Source: Geosiphon pyriformis uo1 (lineage: Eukaryota > Fungi > Glomeromycota). From it: a stretch of DNA of 64,000 bases. A program made the translations under genes and the position numbers. A model generated the notes under the pieces. The model worked only from the letters and a program-made list of their open reading frames with translations. It ran no database searches and was not told where the DNA came from. Below, in pieces: positions 29,925-40,300 of the stretch (position 1 is its first letter; each line of letters starts with the position of its first letter). The stretch spans positions 62,001-126,000 of the forward strand of contig JAAOMT010000617.1 of the NCBI GenBank assembly GCA_016748015.1, in the 5' to 3' direction.

Positions 29925-30560
29925 ATGGAAATACCAAACCATATTCACACTTTAGTTCAACAATTGTTTCAGACTTTAAGTCAATAGCAAGTAAACATGG
30001 AAATTATTATCAACAATCAAACAATCTGTTATCAAAACATTAAACAAAAAGGGAAAAGTACATTATACCAGCAACCACAAAAACAATCAATAAATTGGTT
30101 AGATAAAATAGTAAAGAAAGTAAAAAACACTTTTGAAAAGATAACCATCATAGTTCCAACAGAAAAACTGGCAAAAAAAAATTGGAACCAATAGATAGAC
30201 CAACTTCTAATACCATATTGCTACTACTAATTGGGACAAAAAGTAGATATCTAAAAGTTATATCTTGACAAATCCAAGAGAATTTTTAATTAAGAGATAA
30301 TCCAGAATATTGAAGACATTATCAAAAAGAAAACAAACTTGACACTATACATTAGGACTATTTATCAACTACACACTATATTTCAAAACTACCCAAAAGT
30401 ATTGTTACATTTTGAGATAAAAACAATAACCATCAACCAATGGAGAAGAATAAACAACTCACAAATTAAAAAAATAAAGAGTAGAGTAGAACAGATGCTA
30501 TTTGAAAAAGAAGTATTCAACATAATTCAAAATGAAAATTTTAATAGAGCTCAATATTAA
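29925..30560 (+). pseudogene. D ORF3 (unknown accessory protein)
   Basis: ATG at 29925, 212 codons, divergent homologue of E and K ORF3. Confidence 0.78.
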
Positions 30561-31198
30561 AAGGAGAAAATAATATTACTTATAAAGAAAAACAGATATT
30601 GAAAATAGTAGACCAATAAGAGAGTAGTAGTTAGCATGTGAGCACACTGCTCAGCAATATGAAACAATATCAAAAATTACAGCACATCATTCAGCAATGT
30701 AGAGCATTGTTAGAAATTATGGCACATTGCTTAGCAATGTAAGTATTGCTCAAGAAATTATAGCATATTGCTTGGGAATGTGAGCAATTTTGTAGAACAT
30801 AAATTAAGTATATATAGTGGTAGCATTAAAAGCAAAAAAGACAGACCTCTTAGTTTAGATTTGATCTAAGCAACTTTTCCATTCACAAATATTAATAAAT
30901 AATTATTTACTATCTCAATTTATTTCCTACTATTAATACTTCATGTTAATAGTAATTGATACTTAACTACATTGGAACAATAGCTCTTGATTATGGCTAT
31001 TGACAGAATACTAATGTGCAAATTATTTTGGCTTATTTTCTTATTTTTTTTCTTGCTTTATTTTTGTTGTTATTTTGCTAACTTGATTAAAAAGAATTAC
31101 ACATGGAGGTACTAATGTCAGGATATAGCACTAGTAAAAGACTTAGGAATAAGGATAGACACTCAGAATTGAAGATATCTTACCAGAAGGATTACCAG

Positions 31199-32019
31199 TG
31201 TTACAAGTGATTATTTGGGGTCTTAAATCAAATAACAAACTTGTAACTTGGTGTTCAATTGCTATGTTAATGTTGGTTTCTGAAGATCTTGTTGATCTGA
31301 AGATTTCATTGTAGAGTTTTTTGTATAATAGACAGAGATTTAATTGTTGTCTTTCCAGTAGCTTCCCAGAATCCCAATTCCATCAAATTTTTTTCTCAGT
31401 GTGGTGGCTGGTAATCTGGCAGTGATGCTCTTCTGGTAAGCTAACCATTAATATATATAATTCTTATACCCTTCCTTTGGGGTCTTTTACCAGGCTATCC
31501 TTGATATCAATAACTCAGTGCTTAATCTTTAATCAATTAGTAACTCCAAAAAAAATAACAAAAAAATAAAAATAAAAATAAAAAAAAATAAAAAAACAAT
31601 TAAAAGCAATTGCAAATTAGTATCTTATCAATAGCCATGATCAAAAGCTATTGTTCTAGTGTAGTTAAGTATTACTTGCTATTAACATGTAGTATTAATA
31701 GTGGAGAGTAAATTAAGATAACAAATAGTTATTTATTGATGTGGAAGGTTGTTTAGAACAAATCTAAACTAGGAGGTCTGTCTTTTCTACTTCTAATGCT
31801 ACTGCTATATATACATAATTGAGATTTCTTAATTCCTCAATTCTTTACACCAGGAATCTTGGAATTTCTGGAATCCTGCAATTCTTTTTGAGAAGAATCC
31901 TGGAATTCTGGAATCCTGCAATTCTTCTTGAGAAGAATCCTGGAATTCTACATTTACTATAGCTACTTCTGATTGGCTAATTTATATTCTAATATATTTC
32001 TTATATTCTATGAGAAACA
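31199..32019 (-). mobile_element. F: family-A solo LTR inside D's 3' LTR
   Basis: TGTTA...AAACA ends; flanks CCAG/TTGG both derive from CCGG, which is intact in D's 5' LTR (ttaccggcc). Confidence 0.9.
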
Positions 32020-35000
32020 TTGGCCATTATGCTGAGAAAAAAATTGACAAAACTGTGGTTTTGGAAAACTATGAATAAAACTATCAATTAAATCTCTGTT
32101 TATTATACAATAGACTCAATCAAAACTTTCAAATACAAACAACCTACAGATATTACCAACATCATCAATTAAATACCAAATTGCGAGTTTGTTATTTAAT
32201 TTGAGACCCCAAATAATCACTTGTAATATCTTCTAGCACAATTGGAAAAACAATCCAAAATATTTTGCCCATAGACAAAAATCTGTTATATAAAAGGCAA
32301 TTAGAACTCTATAGTTATTTTAAAAAAATCATAGAGGATATAAAACTTATAAAGAAAACAACTTCAGAAATACAGGCAGAAATTTTGAGTATTATACAGT
32401 TAGATGTTCCAAAAGTTTTAACTATTGTTAAAAGAGCCAAAACTCTAATACAAAGATTTGATCTCTTAAATACAAAACTTATTTTACCTTAAGTGTTATA
32501 TATTCTATTTACAAAAGACTTCAACAAACTAGTTAGCTTTGAGTTAGATAAAACTCTTTAAATAGATTACACCATAAATAGCTTGATTTTGCTAGAGCTC
32601 AATCTCTTTAAAAAGGATGATGTTATAATTGAAACTTATACTTCTTATTAATTATTAACCATTTTTGATAGTTATATAAGCAATGAATTTTTTAGCTATA
32701 GAAATGCATGTAAGAATAAAAGAAATAAAATAACAACTTTTATCTTAATTATTCTCTTATTGCTAATTCCTTTTTTCTACTTTTAAGTATCTAAACATTT
32801 TGGAATAAAAAATTATTTGTTGGCATTTACTTACCCTTTTCCTAACTTGTATAATTATAGTATTTTGAAGATTATTGAATAAAATGTGACTAAAGAGTAC
32901 ATTTAATACTTGATATTGAATTCTAAGAGTGCTAATGTAAGGCATAAAATTATATCAGTGTGTAATTATTTGTTAACAGTATGGACTATCTCTCTACCTT
33001 TAGATTTCTTAATTACTTTTTGAAAAGTATAGCGACTAAAATATTTTATGAGACTAATCTTGCATATTGAATTCTTACTCATTTAATTTGTTTCTTAAAG
33101 TTAAAATCTCTTTGATTATTTTTATCATTCTACAATCCTGTTCTCTCTTGCTATTTGTTAGCTTATTACTCCAACTCATAACAGTATAATAGACAAAGAT
33201 TCAATAATTGTGTCAGTAGCCTCTTAAAATGATTATTCTGTCAAATTTCTTTTTTTAGCATAATGACCAGTTTATTTTGGCAGTTATGTCCTTTTAATAA
33301 GCTATCTATTAATTTATAATTTCTATACCCTTATTTCTGAGTCTTTTACCAGACTATTTTTGACATCAATTACTTAGTGCTTAATTTTTTTAATCTGTTA
33401 ATAAGTTAACACAACAAAAAAAAATAAAAAAAAATAAAAAAAAAATAAGAAATTAGTATTCTGTCAATAGCCATAATCAAAAGCTATTGTTCCAATATGA
33501 TTAAGTATTAAATGTTATTAACATAAAGTGTTGATAAATAGAAAAGTGATTAGATTTTTAATCAAGCAGTAATAATATGGGTTGGATGATAATAAATATG
33601 TTTTTATTTGTAATTGTGTTAATGAATTCACTTTGGTTAATATTAACTATCTGTAAAGTGAGAGTTAATTAAAAGATAAAAAAAAGAATGTTAACTTGGA
33701 ACTGAACTAAAATTGGAATAATTTTCTTGTTTCTAATACTACTGTTATATATAAATATTTTGTATTATATAAGATTCCTAGAATTCTACAATTTTTTTAA
33801 TAGAATTCTAGAATTCTGCAATTTTTTTAAAAGAATTTTGGAATTTCTCTATTACTATGTCTGCTTTTAATTGGTTATTTTTTTAACTATAATATTCCTA
33901 ATTTCTATAAGTAACAGCATAATGTGTTACATATTTCTTCTTAACCAAAAATATTTTTTTATATTTTTTTGTTGAATAGTATTTCTCTGTAAGTAAAACA
34001 TGGTTTGTTGTTTCACTTTCTCTGTTGTTTTGAGTAACCAAAATGTTTTCTATAATATGCTTTACAGTAGTAATAGGTATATGTTTTATAGTTTTTTTTA
34101 GGTAAGATTCAAGTTTTTATGAAGAAATGCTTTTTCTTGTAGTTTTTGTATTTGAGTAAAATATAGAGTGGTTTTTTTTTGGTTCTACTAAGTATAGAAT
34201 ATGTCAACTGTTATTTGTTTTTTCTGTGAAAGTAGTGACTTGCAGTTTGTCTTCTTTTTTTCCTTTTTTCTTGTCATTCCAAAAAAATATTGGTAATAAC
34301 TTATTGTGTTTGTTTTCAGTCTATAAGATTTGATAAGCTTTTCAAATAGGTTTGTTTATTTTTTCTTTAAATTTTATCAGTGGTTGTTATTAAGTTGTTT
34401 TAAAATGACTACAAATAATTAATACTGTTACAGGTAATTAATTGGGATCTTAAATCAATTAACAAACCTGTAATTTGGTGCTTAATTGGTATTTTAGTGT
34501 TAATATCTGAAAGTTGTGTTGATCTGAAGATTTTGTTGTGGAGTTCTTTGTATAATGAACAGAGATTTAATTAATGGTTTTATTCATAGCTTCCCAAAAC
34601 TGCAGTTTTGTCAAATTTTTTTCTCAGCATGTTGGCCAGTAATCCTTCTGGTAAGCTATCCTCAAATCTATGAGTATTCTACCCTTGTTTCACGGGTCTT
34701 TTACCAGTCCTTATGACATCTGTATTTCAACACTTAATCTTTAATTAATTTAATAAAATCAACGAAATAACAAAAGAAATAAAAGAGAATAAAAGAAGAG
34801 AAAGAAATAAACAAAAGCAATTGCAAGTTAGTATTTCATCAATAGCCATGATCAAGAGCTATTGTTTCAATGTGGTTAAGTATTAATTACTATCAACATT
34901 ACATGTTGATAATAGAGAGTAGATTAAGATAGAAAATAATTATTTATTGGATATTTGTGAATTGAAAGATTGCTTAGATAAAATCTAAACTGAAAGGTCT

Positions 35001-35280
35001 GTCTTTTCTACTTCTAATACTACTGCTATATATACATAATTGAGATTCTTCAATTCCTTGATTCTTTATACCAGGAATCCTGGAATTTCTGGAATCCTAC
35101 AATTTCTTTTGAGAGAAATCTTAGAATTCTAGAATCCTGTGATTCCTTGTACAAGAATCTTGAAATTCTTAGAATCCTGCAATTTTTCTTGAAAAGAATC
35201 CTGGAATTCCACATTTACTATGGCTACTTCTGATTGGCTAATTTATATACTAATATCTTTCCTATATTTTATGAGTAACA

Positions 35281-35295
35281 TTATTCTCTCCTTTT
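35281..35295 (-). other. Polypurine tract of E
   Basis: aaaaggagagaataa immediately before the 3' LTR. Confidence 0.85.
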
Positions 35296-35950
35296 AATAT
35301 TGAACTCCATTGAGATCTCCCAAATCTCCTAACTCTAATTCTCTATTCTTGAGTAGTTTTTGAACTTTTTTCTTGAGAATTACTTGTTCTATTTTGTTCT
35401 GTAATTCTTCAAATTGGGTGTTGGTTATTTTTCCCATTTGGTTAACAGTAATGGTGTCCATTTTAGTATTGAGTAAGATTTTTGGTTGATCTTGAAATCC
35501 AGTATGTAGCCAATAAATAGTTCTTGCTTGTATGGTTAAATTGTTTTTCCCCACAAATTGTTCTAGTTGTTGTAGTATTATTGTATCAAATAATTGTTTT
35601 GTTTTATCTGTGTATAGATTTTGAATGTTCACATGTTGTCTCAAGTAAAAGTAATAAAAGTTTTTTGGAAATTGTTGTGTTCACCAATTTCAGGTTTCTA
35701 TATTCAACTTTTGATATTGGGTGATTTTAAGTTGCATTTCTATCACCAGTTTCATTTTTGTCATTATTTTGTCAACAGTGTTTTCTGTTTTTCTTCATAC
35801 TTTATCCCGTGGTATTTTTCTAGTGTTTGTGTATTTGATAGTTTGTTGATTAATTGTAATTTCTATTTCTTGTTGTTGAATCAATTGAAAGAGTTGTTGT
35901 GCTAGTAAGTAAATGTTGTTGGTAATTTCTATTTTTCTGGAGTCTTCCAT
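35294..35950 (-). pseudogene. E ORF3 (unknown, about 218 aa, no transmembrane segment)
   Basis: ...EITNNIYLLAQQLF...NFYYFYL...ARTIYWLH...MGKITNTQFEEL; stop abuts the PPT. Confidence 0.8.
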
Positions 35951-35992
35951 CACATCTACTATGTCTTTATATTCTCTTTTTATTGTTCAATT

Positions 35993-37369
35993 TTACATGT
36001 TTGGTCTAATGATGATAATTGGTTCCAGATTTTGTGGAACCTTATCTGGTTGTACTAGTGTTTTCTGTACTTCTAATTGTAGAATATTACTGGTAGATGG
36101 TAATACTATATAATAATATGGTTTCAGTTGATCACCATGTGCTGCTTTGGCTATGATTTTGTTGTCTCATCTTAATTTATAAGCTTTATTTCCAAGAATT
36201 TTTTCTATGTGAAATGGTCCATCCTATTTGGGGTCAAATTTTTCACTCCATTGTTTTTCTGCTTTGGTATGATGTAAAAGTACTTTGTCTCTAATCTTGA
36301 ATCCAACTGGTTTCTCTGGTAGTTGGTTATTATGTCTTTTTTTTTGTTTTTCTTGTGACTTTTGGATGTTATCAGCTGCTCTTTGTCGCTTGTTTTCTAA
36401 AGTTTTTATCAAGTCATATGTTCTTCTTAGCAATGTTTCCTGAAAATTGTCTTCAGTTATTGGTTCTACTGAATAAGTATTGACTTTTATTTTAATTGGT
36501 AATATTGTTGTTCTACTGTATATTAATTCAAATGGTGTCGCTTGTGTAGTGTTTTGCTTCATTGTCTGATAAGCAAATAATACTGATAGTATGAACAAAT
36601 CTCATTCATCCTGGTTTTTTTGACTGATCTTGGCAATTGCTTCACACAATGTCCTGTTAAACTTTTCAACTAGTCCATTTGTTTATGGATAGTATAGTAA
36701 TGATAATGGTCTTTTTATTCCAAATCTTTGACTTAATTCTGCTAATGTTCTATTTACAAAGTGGGTTCTTTAATCTGATAATAGTTTTTTTGGACATCCA
36801 TGTTGACAGATCAAATCCTGATAGACAAATTTGGCAACAGATTCTGCATCTGCTCTTTGAATGGCTTTTGTTTCTGGCCATTTTGTGAGATAATCCATGA
36901 CTACTACAATATATCTGTTGCCTCTGCTGGTGATTGTTAATGGTCTGACTAAGTTAATTCCAATATGGTCAAATAGTTGTCCTATTTTGATTGGTCTCAA
37001 TGGTTCACTGGGTTTTGTTTCTCCTCTTCTTTGACAAACATCACAATTTTGAACATATTGGATGATGTCTGAATATATTAATGGCCAATAATATCTTTTT
37101 CTGGTTTTTTCCATAGTTGTTTCTTTATAAAAATATTCTGCTGTTGGATCTGAGTGCATGTTGAATAATATTGTCTCTTTCTCTGATTCTGTAATTACTC
37201 TGGTTGGTTGATCTGGATTTCTTCTGTTCTTCCAGTAAAGTATATTTTAATGATTGATAAAATATTTTGATTGTTGTTTTATGTTCCTTTGTTCTTTTTG
37301 AGATAATTTCTCCTTGAACAATTGGGTATTTATATAATGTTGGAGTTGTTGGTATTTTTGTATATTCAT
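35993..37369 (-). pseudogene. E integrase, own ATG (458 codons)
   Basis: MNIQKYQQL...MHSDP...CDVCQ...LLSD...GLVE...GPFHI; no chromodomain. Confidence 0.9.
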
Positions 37370-37399
37370 TTTTTGTTATATTTTTGGGTTGAAATGTTT

Positions 37400-40300
37400 T
37401 TAGATTTGTCTTATTCACAACAATCCATCAGCATTTCCATTTTTTTTTCTTTTTTTATAATGTACTGTATAATTAAATGGTGAAAGTTCTATTTTTCATT
37501 TGGCATGGTGATCATCTTCAAATTCTTGTTTCTAGATTGAAGTCAATTCTTTGTAATCAGTATATACATCAAACTTCTGGCTCAAGAATTCTTTCCATTT
37601 GATGACAGCCCAATAAATAGCTAAGTGTTTCAGTGCTGGAGTTCCATAGTTCTTTTTTGCTGGGCTTAAGTTTCTACTGGCATAAGCTACTGGATGCTCT
37701 CTTCTATCAGGTTCTTTCTGAGATAATATTGCTCCCATTGCTTGACCAGATGCATCAGTAGTAATGATAAATATTTTGTTGTGATCTGGATATATTAACA
37801 CTGGAACTTAAATAAGCTTTCTTCTTAGTGTGTCAAATGCTTTTTGTTGAGCTGCTGTCCATTCATACTTTATATTCTTAGTTTGTAAATAATGGAGTGG
37901 CTGGGCCAGTTTAAAAAAGTCTTTGATAAAGTGGCAATAGTACTCTGTGAATTCCAAAAATGCTCTTAATTCTGTGAGATTGTTTAGTACTGGAAAGTTC
38001 TTGACAACTTCAATCTTGTCTGGATCTGTTTTGATGTCATCTTTGCTTACAACATGTCCCAAGAATTTTAGTTCTGTTTTTCCAAAGAAGCATTTGTTGG
38101 CATTTAGTTTCAATCCTGCTCATCTGAGTTTTTTAAATACTTGTTAGAGATGGTGAAGATGATTATCGAATGTTTTTGAGAACACATTTGTGTTGTCTAA
38201 GTAAACAACTACTAATTTCTACAGTAATCCAGTATAAACAATTTTCATGAGCCATTGGAATGTCGCTGGAGCATTTATCAAGCCAAATGACATGACTTCA
38301 AACTCAAAATTTCTTTTTCTTGTGGTAAATGCTGTTTTTTCTTTGTCAGCTGGGTTTATGGCTACTTGCCAGTAACCACTATCTAAGTCTAGTGTTGAAA
38401 ACCATTTATTTCCTCCAAAAGCATTGAATAGTTCTTGGATCTTTGGAGTTGGATAGCTATCACTTTTAGTTACTCTATTCAGTTTTCAATAATTCACACA
38501 AAAACAAATTTTTCCATTTTTCTTCTGGACTAGTACCACTGGTGATGATTATGGACTTATTGATGACTGAATTAGCCCATTGTCAAGCATCTGATTGATT
38601 TCTTGATGGATGATCTCATGGCTAGCTAGTGGTACTCTATATGCTCTTTGTTTTATTGGCATTGCATCTTCAGTCTTGATCTGGTGTTGGATTATGTTAG
38701 TTTTGTCAAATTCATTTTCACTGGCAAAGATATTATTGAAATTGTTGAGTAACATTTTGAGTTGCATCCATTGAAGTGGGTCTAAGTTTCCCAAATTCAT
38801 CTGTTCCAATTGTTCCAGTTGGAACAGATAATATTCACTTCATTTGTAGATGGTTTGTAATGTAATGTCCATGTATCTGCACAGCTATGGAAAATCTGGA
38901 ATGTGGTTTGGTGGTTGATCCTCAACTTTGGTGGTTAAATATCCAATGATGGTTTCTTTTGGTATTTCAATAACACTTCCTGTTGTGTTATAGATTGGAA
39001 TTTTGATGTTTTTGGGGCTTTTGGCTGATATGTAAAGATTAGTGAGTCCAATCTTTCCTGATTCACAAATGGTGGCTTCTGCTTCAAACAACTGAGCTTG
39101 ATTCTTTACTTCTCTTTTTATAACTAACATATACTAGTCATATGGTGGAATGAAGATTGGTTGATGGATTGAGATAATTTTTTCTTTGTTAACAATTTTT
39201 TCCTCTGCCATATTAATTAATACATTTATTCTACCTGTGGATCCAAATTCCTGTATCTCTCTTGCTGTTATCCTTAATTTTTCTCTGTTTTTCACTGATA
39301 CTAACTGAGCTACTTTCACCAAAGGTAGGAAGATTGTCTGTGCTATCTTTTCATTTGGATCTATGATATATGCTTTTTCTGAGTCATTTTGTAACATAGC
39401 AATAATATTTCCTATGTATTTTGTGTCAATTATTCCTCTTCTTATGTTGATTCCCTTTTTTGCTAGGCTACTCTTAGATGCTAATTGAACCATAATTGTT
39501 GCTGAAATTTCCAGTGCTATTTTGAAATCAATATTGGTGCATGAATGGGGTTCTAATTTGATGGCATTCTTCTCTGAGTACCTTAGATCAAACCCTACAT
39601 CAGTATTATGTGCACATTCTGGCATAATACCTTTGCTATTATCACTGAATCATTTAAGTTCCTGTTCCTTGGTGAGGTCAGAAAGTGCGATAAATGTTTT
39701 GGAGTTTGAATTGGAGTTTGAATTATTGTAATTTTTGTTGTTATTTGGAACAGAACTGGAACTGTTGTTTTCGTCATTGTCATTGTCAGAGTTTGAATTG
39801 GGATTGAAATTCAATTCCAATTTTGATACACAGCTGCTCATTGGTTTGTCTTCTTTAGGGATTGTGTAGATCATGCATAGTGATGGATTGTAAATAAGGT
39901 CACACTCATTGCAATATTGAAAGTCACATGAGATTAAGCAATGTTGACATAATCAAGTATTTAACTGCTTTAAACATTGCTCCTGTTTTTCCCTAGTGGA
40001 TGCTAATTACTGGTAATGTTCGTGGAATTCTTCTGGGTTGTCTTCAATGTTGCCAAAGATGTCAAAGATTTGGATGTATTTGGGTTCAGAAAGAGATAGA
40101 GAATTGTTTTTGATTTCCAAGAGTTTGCTGGTTGTCGTGTCTTCTGCTTTCACATATGTCATTCTCCAGAGTTCATGTTTGTCATGAGGATATCCTTCCA
40201 ATCATTACAACACTTGTTTCCAAGCATTATCAATTGATGTGCCCTTGCATATTTAGTCGTTGATTAGGATTGTATACTGGCACATTTCATTGCATGTTCC

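Larger units (their letters stand above)
21506..32228 (+). mobile_element. D: full-length family-A element with TTGCTCAGCAA-type U3 (5' LTR 21506-22335; 3' LTR 30574-32228, interrupted by F)
   Basis: TSD TCTT/TCTT, PBS tggtgcttcctatgag at 22338, PPT aaaaggagaaaataa at 30559-30573. Confidence 0.9.
21268..32650 (+). pseudogene. B1 ORF3, split by D (21268-21505 + 32229-32650)
   Basis: MNNYFLD... and ...PIDKNL...KKTTSEIQAEIL match B2 ORF3. Confidence 0.8.
13779..33183 (+). mobile_element. B1: family-B LTR retrotransposon (5' LTR 13779-14451; 3' LTR 32621-33183), inserted in K's 5' LTR
   Basis: TGTTA...TAACA ends, exact TSD GTAT/GTAT, PBS tagtgctccttg at 14458, PPT aaaaaggatga before 32621. Confidence 0.9.
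1375..33916 (-). mobile_element. K: family-A LTR retrotransposon (3' LTR 1375-2339; 5' LTR 13619-13778 + 33184-33916), interrupted by M and B1
   Basis: Matching LTR subtype at both ends, 4-bp TSD GTAT/GCAT, PBS 13600-13616, PPT at about 2340-2354. Confidence 0.85.
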
